64,000 nt of DNA from Eledone cirrhosa (Eukaryota), in contig OZ024741.1 in assembly GCA_964016885.1 (NCBI GenBank), forward strand, positions 91,946,001 to 92,010,000, read 5' to 3'. A program made the translations under genes and the position numbers. Shown here piece by piece: positions 1-14,214 of the stretch; position 1 is the stretch's first letter, and every line of letters begins with the position of its first letter. Under the pieces are notes generated by a model that did no database searches, was not told the DNA's origin, and worked only from the letters and a program-made list of their open reading frames with translations.

Positions 1-874
1 CTTTCTATTCCACTATAGATTATTGAATATATACAAGGGCCTGCATCTAGTGCACGCTGATTGTACTATGTGATTTGTCTATATTTCTTCAAATATAATT
101 AGTAAATGACTGCATGCAGAAAGGTTTGAGATAATTGTCTTAACATTAATGAATATAGCTTCGCTATCTTAAAGCATGATTGGAAAATGTACTTCAGTAA
201 CAGAAAAACAGTGTTTATACAACCGTGTATGTGTATAACAGTGTAACATATATTTGTATATATATATATATACACGCATATATATATATTTATGTATCTT
301 AACAAAGTTCGGTCACACACACACACACACACACACATATATTTACATACATACATAAATACATATATGCATGCGTACATACATTCATACATTCATACGT
401 ACGTACATATGTATTATGTATTATGTATGTATGTATGTATGTATGTAAGTATGTATGTATGTATGTATGTATGTATATGTGTGTGTGTGTGTGTGTATAT
501 ATATGTGTGTGGGTGTGTATGTGTGTGTGTGTATGTGTGTGTATGTGTGTGTGTGACCGAACTTTGTTAAGATACTTATCAGAACACATGATCGTGTCAC
601 CACCGAATAACAAGTTCAATGATACCTTCATTAGTATTTCTGTCATTTATTTGTTTTTAATTTGATTTTGTTGTTTGTTTGTTTGTTGTCCATTATCTTT
701 GTATCTACATGGACTGTGACTGAAACAAGTGAAAGCAATATTTGTTTGCAAGAAGAAGAAGAAGAAGAAGAGGAAATTGACAGTAGATGTAAGAGGTTTC
801 TTTCGTCGCCACATTAATTACTATAATTATTTTCGTGGTGTGTGAGTGTATGTGTGTGTGTGCGTGTGTGTTTT

Positions 875-981
<107 letters not shown>

Positions 982-2460
982 TGTAGGAATGAAGTGGAGA
1001 TTTATTTGGAAAAGAATACATGAATCAATAAGCTAATCAAATTGATAAAGAAAACTAAATGAGAAATTGTTTGCTTCAAGGTTAAATAGGACTTTATTGT
1101 ATTTTAGGACGAGACAATGAGACAATGATGTTATATATATATTCATGTTAAAATTATCTTGTGTGTTCCTTGATGATAACCCACCAAAAGTAAACTAATT
1201 AACGTTGTTGACTTGAAAGCCAAACAGCAGTCACTATTTTGTATAATAAAAAGGGGAGAAAAGAAATGGAGGCTACCGTCGTCAGATCGGACCAAGGAAA
1301 CAGTGTTTTTCAGTGATTTTCCCATAACTGATAATACTAACTCAGACCTGCCAACCTCTAAAATCCCAAACGGGAGTACCATGAAAAAACGTGTCCCAAA
1401 ATAGTAAGAAATGAGGCAAAATGGGGGGATTTTACATAATGAAAGCTTATACCCCTTTTTACAAGAGAAGACATCACTCACCCATCCCAAAGTGGGTGGG
1501 TGATCTCATCCGAGATGGACAATTGACAATTCTGCTACCTACCATTCGTAACTCCTTGTGGAAAGAGGTGGAATTTGAACTCAGAATGTACAGAGATGGA
1601 GGATGTACCGCAAAGCATCCTTAGTGGACGATTTTGAACGGAAAACATTTATTAAAAGCACCATCCTTATATCCGATTAAGGAAACTCGTTTTCTGTTTC
1701 TCTTTTGCTGATAAAATTTGTCGGCTGCAACTCTTGGAAGAAGTATTACTACTTTTACAGTGATACGGGTGGCATTTGAATTCAAAACGCACAAAACCGT
1801 ATCAGACGCCGCAAAGAATCAAGTACGACTCTTTTATAATTCCGCCAATCGGTCATGTCTAGATTGGTACTTTATTTATCGACCCTAATAGAATGAAAGG
1901 CAAAATTTACCAAGGCATGATTTGAACTGAAATCGTACTGAGCCGGAAAAAATACCAATGATGTTACATTTAACCCGACATTCTAACGACTGTATAATAA
2001 CAGAAGGAAAAATAATTTTAGTGATCTCTTTCTTTCATACTTTATTTCATCTTGCTTCCTATGGAGAACTGGGCAACAAAAGATCTCTACTTAGCACAGT
2101 CGTAAGCATGTCATGAGCCTGCTCCTGGATCTGTCCCATAACTATAAAATCTTCTTCCAGGACCTCAACTAAATCTTGATGTGTCTTTAATGCCCTCTTT
2201 CTTCTAATTTTCATTCCAAGGAAGCTTTCAATGTTCTCGTCGTCGTCTTAAGCTGATGGTATTTCATAGATTACTCCAGCCTGGCTCACTCTATGCCCTC
2301 TTCATTCGAAATGTGATCACAACAAAATATTCTTAGTCTAATGGAGATGCCAGTCTATTCATTTCTCAACCCGGTTCTTTCTATAACCTCTTCATTTGTT
2401 ATGTGGGGAAGCCAAGATATTCTAGGTATAGTGATATATATATATAAATATCTATATATC

Positions 2461-2578
<118 letters not shown>

Positions 2579-2911
2579 CGCGCGCGCGTGTGTGTGTGTG
2601 TATGTAATTAACCAACAAATCCCGAAATATTGCGGTACATGTAACACAGCTGTTCCCAGCTTGGAGTCCACAAAACTAGTACTAGCGGCTCTTGAGTTAA
2701 TGTGTATATTATGTTATAAACATAATATACATATACTATTGGATATCCATTCTTCTATAAGTATAACCATGTCTCTTTTATGATTGTTATTATCATAGTA
2801 TAACAATCTTCTTCTTCTTCTTCTTCTTTTTGAGAGGGTCGTGGGCGAAGAATCCTCAAACACTCCGTCCATGGCTCCTGTCAAAAACAACTATTATTAT
2901 TACTGTATAAA

Positions 2912-3100
2912 GGCGGTGGATTGGCAGTATCGGTAGAGGGTCGGACGCCATGCTTTGACGCATAGAGTTATGGCCCTTGCCATTCTGAGTTCAAATCCCG
3001 CCGAGGATAACTTTGCCTTTCATCCTTACGAGGTCGATAAAATAAAGTAGCACTAATGCACTGGGTAATTGCTGGCCTTGTGCCAAAAGTAGAAACAATT
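2912..3100 (+). mobile_element. tRNA-derived SINE (young family)
   Basis: Box A TGGCAGTATCGG, box B GAGTTCAAATCC; 16-bp TSD ATTATTACTGTATAAA (2896-2911, 3098-3113). Confidence 0.9.
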
Positions 3101-3319
3101 ATTACTGTATAAAAATCTGGGAGGGGAATATTTGCTGCAGAGTGCCCGTGGGAAATTTCATTTAAATAAAATGGTTCCTTTCAAGAAAAAGTTTGTGAAC
3201 TCCTGACCTAAGATTTCTTGCAGCACACTGGTTGGGAAAAATTGTCTTTGATAAAAAAATTGCTAGAATGAGAAACAAACACTAAATAAAAAGAAAGAAT
3301 GGAGAAGAGAAAAAGAGCC

Positions 3320-3480
3320 AACTGTCTTCGTTCGTGATGTAGTCCCACAAAGAAATTCTTCGTATGATGTTCTGTCATCTTACATCGATATTTCGTTGAT
3401 TACTAAGCCCGGTTTTTTCCATACCCGCTTCATGCTAAATATCATCCTCAGGCAATCTCTGTGGAAGACATATACGGTTC
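3320..3480 (-). pseudogene. Highly decayed LINE RT C-terminal fragment
   Basis: VFHRDCLRMIF resembles the FHRRCLRRIL motif. Confidence 0.35.
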
Positions 3481-3861
3481 TATAGATTTAGTCATAGTTA
3501 CTCAACAAAATCTGATTTCTCAGATCAATTGTCCATAATGGAGACAGTGTTTTGTGTTTTAACTGTTTGGAATTCTATATTTAAAATAGTCTACATGTTT
3601 GTTTTGCGAGCAACCAGACAAGTTCTGAGTAAACAATGTCCACAGCGGTTTTATGTATGTTGATATTGATAACATTCCGGATGAATATATGGGAGTCACA
3701 CAATAACTTTTATCTCTTCGTAGGAATTTAATCTATAAATATACGTGTATGTGCGTGTTTGTGTGTATACATACAGGTACATACACACACACACATACAG
3801 TATATGTGTGTGTGTGTGATAGGTCTTGTTACTCAGACGTTTCACTTGTGTACTCCCAATA

Positions 3862-3960
<99 letters not shown>

Positions 3961-4210
3961 TACACACACATATTTATATATATCACTTCAGCAATAGGCC
4001 AACACAAAGGTTAGATTTTATAATATCTTTAAATGCACAATATCCATTATAGGTTTTTCTGTTACGAAACGATTACATGATGATGCCATGACGCACTCCG
4101 TATCACCCCTTTATCAGCTGGCACAAGCAAATGGAAATGTAAAGTAGTAATACGGAGAGAGACCTGTAGAGGCAGGCTATTAAAATAACACCTCTGTAGA
4201 GATGTGTGTC

Positions 4211-4257
<47 letters not shown>

Positions 4258-4395
4258 ATTTTTGCGTCTCAGCCTGTTTGTGATCGTCCTAAACGGAAGG
4301 AGATCGATACAAAGGTACCATACGTGAAACATTAAGGACTGGAATTGATATGGTACCCCAGCATGGCTGCACTTTAATGACTGAAACAAGAAAAA

Positions 4396-4582
4396 TAATT
4401 GTTTCTACTTTTGGCACAAGGCCAGCAATTACCCAGTGTATTACTGGTACTTTATTTTATCGACCCCGTAAGGATGAAAGGCAAAGTTAACCTCGGCGGG
4501 ATTTGAACTCAGAATGGAAAGGGCCGTAACTCTTTGCGTCAAAGCATGGCGTCCGACCCTCTACCGATACAGCCAATCCACC
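4396..4582 (-). mobile_element. Same SINE family
   Basis: Near-identical reverse complement of 2912-3100. Confidence 0.9.
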
Positions 4583-4997
4583 AAAAGAATATGAGCGCCC
4601 GATAGTTAAAATCACAACTTCAGAAATTCTGCTGTTATTTACAAAATGTATGTTATTCATTTGTGTTATTCATTTAAACCAGTGTCTGTATGACGGCGTG
4701 GTTAATTAGTCTCCCTCACATCTATGTGAAATTCATTCACACTGCATGATACTCGGGTTGACCAATGCCCTGTGCATGAATATTGGTTGACGGAAACTGT
4801 TCAAAAGCCCATTGTGTATATATGTATATATATTTAATATAGAAATGGCTTCTACAGGACTACGGGAGAAATCATCAGGGCTTCTGATGATTTCTCCCGA
4901 ATGAAACAGTTCTAGTTTCTATATTAAATATATATATACTCTGCTATGTATTGGGTACCTTACTTACTGTGGTTACCCACGATTTAACCCGTGATAA

Positions 4998-5048
<51 letters not shown>

Positions 5049-5054
5049 AACACA

Positions 5055-5153
5055 CAGGGTGTCCCGAAAAATGTATACACTCATTGATTACCTATACAGG
5101 TAATATTTATTAGAATGCTGTTGAAGTGTGTATACATTTTTTGGGACACTCTG
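5055..5153. mobile_element. Tc1/mariner-type MITE (about 99 bp)
   Basis: TIR CAGGGTGTCCCGAAAAATGTATACAC / GTGTATACATTTTTTGGGACACTCTG followed by TA. Confidence 0.75.
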
Positions 5154-6039
5154 TATTACATTTGGCGCGAAACCAGTTCGCGCTAAAATCAATTTAAACA
5201 TTCACGTGACTTCTACCGACCAATAAAAATTGTTTTGACTATAAGAATTTTTGCAACACGAATTGGCGCGAATTTATAGTAGTTATTCACGTGACATTCA
5301 ACAACCAACCAAATCTTAATATCTCCCAAGCCACTTTTTTCACATAAAACAGGAAGAATTTCCAAAACTGATCAGATTAGAGCAAAAATCACGAGCACTC
5401 TATCTCAAAATTATTTTTGAAAAGCATTAGAAATGCGCAACCGGTAAAAACTTAAAACTAAAACTGAATACTAACTAATACTTATTACTAGTTTATACTT
5501 ATTCCTAATTAAACTATTTTTCACTGGGAAAAATTTGTCACCATTTTCTTTTCCTTTTTACTAATATATCACAACTCGTGTGTCACATATATATGGATGG
5601 GACGGTGTTTACGCTCGCTGTTTGTTTATGCCCATAATCTAGTGGTTCGAAAATTGAGGTCGATATAATAATTACCAGATTTTGGTCCACATGATTGACT
5701 AAAGTCCCTTCATAGCAGTGTCGCAACATAGACACATAGTCAAATCACTGAAGCCAATAAAAGAGTTATCTATTCTGTAACCTGATGCTCGATTGTACAT
5801 ATTCACAATGTCCAACTGCGAATACCAACAATTCAATCATTTCCCCCAAAGTGAGAATAACAGCCGAAAGAGAAATGTGTATACTTCTAAAAGAATGGAA
5901 ACACAATAACGTGTGTGTGTATTTTGATTTGACAACATTATTCAAAATTTTAACTTTGCTCACGGAACCCTACGGTTAACTTAGCAGACCCCATATTTGG
6001 GACCACTGACTAAAATCTTTTGAGAGAAGATATCAATAG

Positions 6040-6460
6040 GCATCAAGTCACAAGCCAAGGCAAGGTGTTTTGTGAAAGAACAGCAGTCATCCAGTATACC
6101 AGTTTCGTCGTTCCACGGCACCGATGCTGCCCAAAGGAAAGGTAAATAACGATATAGCTTGACACCAGTGTCATTGCAAGGAGTAACGTGAAATAAATTA
6201 TCTTTGGCTGGGAACTGCAGGCTACAATATTTTGATATGCAATATGCAGGCAGAAAGGCCTTCTTCAGTCATGAGTGACTAGGGGTTTGCACCTGGTAAT
6301 TTCCTCACTAAGTTACAAGCCTAAAAAAGGTAGTGCTTAATATGTGAGGAAGACCAGCAGTAACCCAGTACGCCAATCTCCTCTTTCCACTGCACCGATG
6401 TTATCCAAGGGAAAAGCAAAGTCCGATACAGCTTGGCATGTGTCATCGCAACCCTAACTA
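6040..6460 (+). repeat. Two diverged pieces of an older SINE-like family
   Basis: GAAGACCAGCAG..CACCGATG..AAGGGAAA..GATACAGCTTG block occurs at about 6070-6180 and 6350-6450. Confidence 0.55.
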
Positions 6461-7017
6461 CTAAACTACGCCACTTCACTATACAATACACAAATGAATG
6501 TTTTTTATTAGGTTTATTGTGATAATTTTATTTATTCCTTTATCTATAGTTCTTTAATCATTTGAAAGTGTTACTGATACTGTATAGCAGTGAATTAAGC
6601 CCAAAACGTTTCTTTTTCCCGTTTAACAAGATTACGTTTTAGTATGCCCCCGTAATATTAGCAGATATATTACAATCGATCATTTTTGTTCTAATTGATG
6701 GAATATATGAAGCATATTGTCAATATTTTCTCATTTCTAGGGAATATTAATTTGCAAATATAAATTAATATTCATTGTACAATTATTCATTAAGTCAGAT
6801 GTCATAAAAGCGTTTGTAATGCACTCTCGTTTCTAAATTAATCAGACAACTCGAAGCTGATTAAATAGACGGATTAATTAAAACCAATCAAGTGTTCTAC
6901 AATACAAACGATATATTTATATAAAGCCCTGTTTACAGATAATAACTTGGAGAGTGAAACTATTCTTCCTTTTTAGCAATCCGTCCAGTCCATTGTGTCA
7001 TAACTCCTGATGGTGTC

Positions 7018-7229
<212 letters not shown>

Positions 7230-7285
7230 TATATATATATATATATATAAGTATATATATATATAAGTATATATATATATATATA

Positions 7286-7847
7286 TGAATGAAAAAATGG
7301 CGTGCTGCGTTGTTGCGAATATGAACATATGAATAAAAATAGACTGAGAAACAGGAAAAAGTCCGTCATCAGTAGTCTGCTGATTCTCATTGGTATTTCT
7401 GCGCATTAAAGACTAGATACCTAAAATCAGTGCGAGCGATAACTCAATTAAGTTATCGGGACAGAGGAAAGTGAACAAACAACATGGTAGTAACTCAACG
7501 TAAAGAGAGGAAAAGAGAGACAAGTCAATGAATTTTGTGGGCATAAGTCCGACAAATCAAATGACGAGAAGAAAATATACACGTCCGAGCCACGAAAAAA
7601 GTGAGAGAGGAAAGAATTAACGCAGGTCAGACGGGAGGAAGTGAGAGAGGAGGAGTAGCAGAGAGTGAGTGAGTGAAAGTGTGAGGAAGGGGCCAGCTGA
7701 GAGTGTGTGACAAGCAGCGGGGATGGAGGAAAGCAAGAAGTAAGGGGGAGAGAGAAAGAGGAAAGCAGTAAGGTAACAGAAAAAATACAAACCACAGCGA
7801 AGGGAAAACATATGTGAATGAAAGAATGGCGTGCTGCGTTGTTGCGA

Positions 7848-7850
<3 letters not shown>
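7286..7850 (-). mobile_element. Unit of about 530 nt with 35-nt terminal direct repeat inserted in (TA)n; broken HHR-like core
   Basis: GAATGAAA.AATGGCGTGCTGCGTTGTTGCGAATA at 7287 and 7816; minus-strand CTGATGA at about 7365-7371 without GAAA. Confidence 0.55.
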
Positions 7851-7883
<33 letters not shown>

Positions 7884-7985
7884 GTATATATATATATGTA
7901 TATATATATAAATTTAGTATAGGTGCTCCAACATAGTGTTATACATAAATATGTACATGCCGTGTGTGTGTGTCTGTGTGTGTGT

Positions 7986-8078
<93 letters not shown>

Positions 8079-8772
8079 ACGACCCTAAATTTTACTAATT
8101 TGTTGAGTTGCCTTAAATGGGACTCTTTCTAACCCTTATAATGTCCTGTCTTCTTTATATCTACCTTGCTGTTAAACGCTTTTTTCTTTTCTTATTTGAC
8201 ACCATGGGGAGGTGATTTAAAATCCCTCCTCTCTACAGATATATAGTGTTTTGTACAGTGTGAGACATATATTACGACTATCCCCACTGATGAGTCTTGG
8301 TGGCTTAACCAAAATCTATAGTTGCTAATCGTTGATCGATTTCTTAGATCGGCGGTTTTGCATTATTCTTTGGATCTAGAAAACAACCGAATGGGAGACT
8401 TTGCAGGTCGACAAAAAGACATCGATAAAATACGTACCACGCTTGAATAAAAAGTACTGGTGTCAATAGGATTAACAATTTTAAGGCGGTACCCCAGTAT
8501 GACCGCAGTCGAATGATTGAAACTAGTAAGAAAATAGAAGACTAGAAGAATATTGATCGATGTCGAGACCAATACTGTTGACTGAGAGTGGCGATATGAG
8601 GTTAGACTGATCAAAAGTGAAACTGATAAAATTAGACATGAGAGGATAATATGAAACATTTGATTTGGATTAGAGAAATAGTTGAACATATGAGAGATCA
8701 GAATCAGGGAGCAATTTATTGAAAGAAATGTGTAGAAATTTAGATACGAATTTTATCTATACATTTATATGC

Positions 8773-8827
<55 letters not shown>

Positions 8828-9439
8828 CATGGTGGCTGCCAACTCGTTTTCGAGTCCGGCCACTACCTTATATCCATGTAGGAGAACCCCTACCGATGCG
8901 CTGAACGAGTGTGACTTTTTAGTCAAGCCAGCGACTTGAAAACTCTGGTACAAAGACTACACCTGTGACAATTATTGACACATAGTGCTGGGCCCATGGT
9001 ACCATGTAACGACAAGTGCAGAGAGATCTCCAGATATAAAGCAATGCCTGTGCCGTGAAGCTTTTATAGTGAGCAAATGCACTGCACAAAGCCAGTCCCA
9101 CTCTCTTAACCAAGATGTTATTTACCAAAAAGAAGAACAAGTCAACATCATTGGATACCATCAGGGTTGCAGGTGTTATATCAGAGTTTTCCTTCTCCTA
9201 GAATTCTGCCTTGACAAAGGCTAAGGGGTCATCTCTCCCGGAGATTTTGGATGGCCATTGACTCTTAAGAGCGTCTTTGCCCTTTGACAGGTTTTGTTTT
9301 TAGTCCTGCAGGATGTCCAAAGTCACCCTCCTCACCAAGAAACCTTGGTGGGGTTGCCAGTTTAGTCGCCAACGACCAGACCATGAGACAGGTTGTACTG
9401 GGATACATGTTACCAGTAGCCCCAACTGGTGACCTGACA

Positions 9440-10240
<801 letters not shown>

Positions 10241-10514
10241 GTATAATCCTAAGGATTAACATCTCTTCAAATAGATCAAAATAGTTTTTAAAAACTTTTA
10301 CTTTTATATGAAAGAAACGTTTTTCCTATGAAATCGAAAACGGTAACTTCATGGCAACCGTGATGAGATTAATTTAGTGGTAGGGGGGGTGCATATAGAT
10401 ATGTGTGTGTGTGTCTATATGGGGGTGTGGGTGTCCGTCACCCATCGCATTTCTGCATTATATATTCAGGTTTTTATCTCCATCTTTCCCTCATTCTCTA
10501 ACTCTCTGTCTCCC

Positions 10515-10560
<46 letters not shown>

Positions 10561-10626
10561 TCTCACTCTCTCTCTCTCTCTCCCCCTCTCTCTCTCTCTC
10601 TGTATATATTTATATATATTTGTATG

Positions 10627-10658
<32 letters not shown>

Positions 10659-10668
10659 TGTGTGTGTA

Positions 10669-10739
<71 letters not shown>

Positions 10740-11332
10740 ATATGTATATATATATAGGATTTATTAATATTGTACGTAGATTTCATAAAGCTGATATCTG
10801 AGATTAGTCTGAGACGTATCTCAAGAGAGATAACTCGTATTATTTCTCTGTTCTTGTTGTTCTTTTTCTATATAGCTCCAGAAGAAAAACAACGAAACAT
10901 CAACATAAAAAGTATTTCCTAACATATGACGTTTGATGTTTGTCTGCTGATTTCTAGCAATTTTCTTAATCTATTTCATCTGATTTATAGAAACGAGAGA
11001 CGCGAGACTATATACGTCAATTATTATTATTGTTATTATTTTATATTAAAGAAGGAAATATGTAAACCAATCAGACTGCTCCAATACGTTGCATTTCGGT
11101 ATCGAAAGTCATCTATATAATCAAGATTTATATATATGTGTGAGTGTGTGTGTGTGTAACTCTGTGTGCGAATGTTTGTGTGTGCATGTATATATATATA
11201 TATATATATATACATGCACACACACACATAAATATATATATACACAGAGTAAAAGCGTATACATATATATATATATGATGTTCATTTATTTAAGGCTACA
11301 AGGTTTCACTGGAGTTTCGCATATTTTTAAAC

Positions 11333-11392
<60 letters not shown>

Positions 11393-11426
11393 ATATACGT
11401 ATATATATGTATGCATATACATACGT

Positions 11427-13256
11427 AAGATCAACCACAAGCATATCTCTAGGGAAACTACCCCGCCAATACACAACATACCACCAAACACTAAACACAA
11501 ACACATAACAGTATCACAACCACAAACGCTTCGAAACACACTAAAGCAAAACTTCAATAGGCATGAATCGCATAACAATTTGCAGAACCGCAATGTGAAA
11601 GCTGCACGGAATAATACTTCAAACTGCAATTGCCACCTACCAGATAAGTGCCCATTAGCGAATAGATGCCTAGATTCTAGCTTAGTGTGCATGTGTACTG
11701 TAAACTTGGGCAACTCCACCTGGCACTACATTGGATCCACCGCAGGTTGTTTTTTTTTTAAATGGTATGTACACAGACATTCAATGAAGAACCGTGCAAT
11801 GGTGAATTCCACAACCCTCGCCAATAAAATCTGGCAACTTAAGGACAAAAACCTTGATTACAATATTAGCTGGTCGAAATTAGCGGCCACAAAGGCCTAT
11901 AGCAGCGGTGTGTCCCATTGCGGGCTCTGCAACCTTGAATTGCTACATATCTTAAGGTACGATAAAATGCTACTTAACAGCAAAATAGAAAAGTCAATTT
12001 TCTGCTGACATAGGATTGCTACTAAATTTACGAGATTTAAACCACCGTGATACGAACCAGCATCCTCAAAATTAATGGAAAATCACTTAGAATTTCACAT
12101 ATGAAATCCGCATTCTCACACAGCCCACTTCAGAACCACAATCTTCTATAAACACCTTCCAGCCTACCTACATCTATACCACCAAGCTGGGGCAATAATA
12201 TCTACAAACATCTACCAATTATCATGTCAGCCCATTAATCAATCTAGCCTTTGCTGTTGTTTATTCTTTCGGACCAAACAATTATATCTATATATCTCAT
12301 ATTAGCATCCATGATCTCTAACAGATAAACTTAATTCTAAGTACATTACTTATTACCCTTACACCCCTTGAAACTCTTATTTTCTTATTTTCTTCTTATT
12401 AGTATTATGATCATCTCAATGTACCCTATCCCTAATTTTATTCATCATGTTCTCTATCTATTTACCATGCATATTTTATTGTTGATTTATTGTCTTAATT
12501 ATACGCTATTTGTCATTGATGTTGTGAAAACTAAACCCCAGGATTCGAACTAGCAATCCCAACATTTAGAATTAGCCACATAAACCTTAAAATACTGAAT
12601 CTACAATTTCACTTAATACTACCTAAGAACCATATATAATACTACCTAAGAACCATATATCTTTATACACTCACTCTATCATTCTAACTAAGTTGATACA
12701 ACTAAAATACTTATCTGTCAAACCATAAATCAATCTCTAGTTTATTGCTAGCGTGCTTTTAAACCCACAGCGCGCTTCTATCTGGATTCCTCATAATTGC
12801 ACTTAAAGGGTAGATTCCAAAAATCTGACTCTAAGTAAATTTTATTAGTTATCTCTTCATCCCTCAAAACTACATCTACTGTAACCTATAGTAGTTTCAC
12901 ATGTCAACTTCATACATTTGTATCATATCAGTTCGTTTACCATGCTAGTTTTATCATTATATTCTACATCTTACTTATATTGATGTTATTATTTTAACTA
13001 TTCAGTATCTAGTTATTTTGTTATTGATATTATTGTTCTGGTCTAATACCACTCCTCTATAAAAGCCATGCCTGGCGTATTATCCTCACATTCGCTCGCT
13101 CTGGTGAATTAACTGGTTATAAACAAAGTATTGGAGATCGATTGACGCAACATCTAGCGATTAGCGAACTCTAGACCTATCAGATAAAAGAAACAATTGT
13201 CAGCACTGTGAATAAAGCCCTTATTGTACAGACAACCATGTTACTCTTATTTCTTG

Positions 13257-13260
<4 letters not shown>
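11427..13260 (+). mobile_element. 5'-truncated Naiad-type PLE (GIY-YIG + 3' UTR + pLTR with HHR), same family as 49735-52868
   Basis: ORF 11580-12008 closely matches the C-terminus of 50876-52162. Reading continues past a TGA to FKPP* at 12050. Flanked by TA-rich microsatellites. Confidence 0.9.
13098..13204 (+). ncRNA. Hammerhead-like motif with about 82-nt stem II domain (PLE pLTR)
   Basis: gct CTGGTGA [82 nt] GAAA caattg TC| agc; homologue at 49959-50064 (-). Confidence 0.55.
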
Positions 13261-13295
<35 letters not shown>

Positions 13296-13332
13296 ATTAA
13301 ATAAATGGAAACTATATTTATAAAACCATATT

Positions 13333-13398
13333 TATTTCATTATATATATTTCAGGGATATCATATTAACAATATGTTATGCCTTCTTCAGACAAAATA
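13333..13398 (-). ncRNA. Hammerhead ribozyme in a unit of about 200 bp between two (TA)n runs
   Basis: attttgt CTGAAGA agg...cct GAAA tatata TA| atgaaat. Confidence 0.75.
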
Positions 13399-13559
13399 CA
13401 ATATAAACAGTCTTATAAATAAATAGATACGACATACCTTTCAATCGACTTGCATTTAACCCAACAATTTAAATATAACTTTCCATATATATATATATAT
13501 ATATATATATTTATTTATTTATTTATCTATTTATTTATTTATCTATTTATTTATTTAAA

Positions 13560-13826
13560 AGCTCACAGCAACCAGTAGTCTGAGGTCGATTGTGTTACTG
13601 GCCTCCCCGAATGACCTGCAGGATATTTGTGTCAGTTTTGCGACTCAAGCGGCACATCTGATTGCATAAGGAGGCAGTTACAGACTATCCAGGAGCCTCG
13701 TGTGTGTCACATCTGTAAAACATTATGCAGGAGTGAGGCAGGTTTGCAGAGACATTTGCGGGTTCATAAACGTTCAGCTCAACGTTGAAATGATGGCCCT
13801 CTTCTGTAAAGATGTGGCAGTTATCA
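13560..13826 (+). mobile_element. C2H2 zinc-finger-coding fragment, probably the 3' end of an RTE-BovB-like LINE
   Basis: 13705-13788 encodes CHICKTLCRSEAGLQRHLRVHKRSAQR*. A decayed second finger lies upstream. A short UTR follows, then TA repeat. Confidence 0.55.
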
Positions 13827-13918
13827 TATATATCTCTCTCTATATATATATATATGTGTGTATGTGTATGTGTATGTGTGTGTGTATGTGTGTGTGTGTG
13901 TGTGTGTAGGTGTGTAGG

Positions 13919-13972
<54 letters not shown>

Positions 13973-14214
13973 AAAATGTTGTTTTTTTAAATGAAAAATA
14001 AAAAGATGCCCTACATATATATATGTGTGTGTACATATGTATATAAATATATATATACACACACATATATATATACATATATATACATATATATATATAT
14101 ATGTACACATGCATACATACATACATACATACATACATACATACATACATACATACATACATACATACATACATACATACATACATACATACATACATAC
14201 ATACATACATACAT

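Noticed and set aside
1143-1624. Short overlapping ORFs and hairpin at about 1472-1503
   Set aside because: No motif recognised; single occurrence; cannot be supported
2912-3000. tRNA gene
   Set aside because: Boxes A/B are present but there is no cloverleaf; it is the head of a multi-copy SINE with TSDs
8287-8293. Isolated CTGATGA (also 31041, 34941) as hammerheads
   Set aside because: No properly placed GAAA, stem III or stem I partner found
12006-12008. In-frame TGA in a Naiad GIY-YIG C-terminus as selenocysteine (some Naiads encode Sec)
   Set aside because: It aligns to Arg (CRH) in the sibling at 50876-52162, not to Cys; most simply a nonsense mutation. Cys codons in the other copies are TGY.
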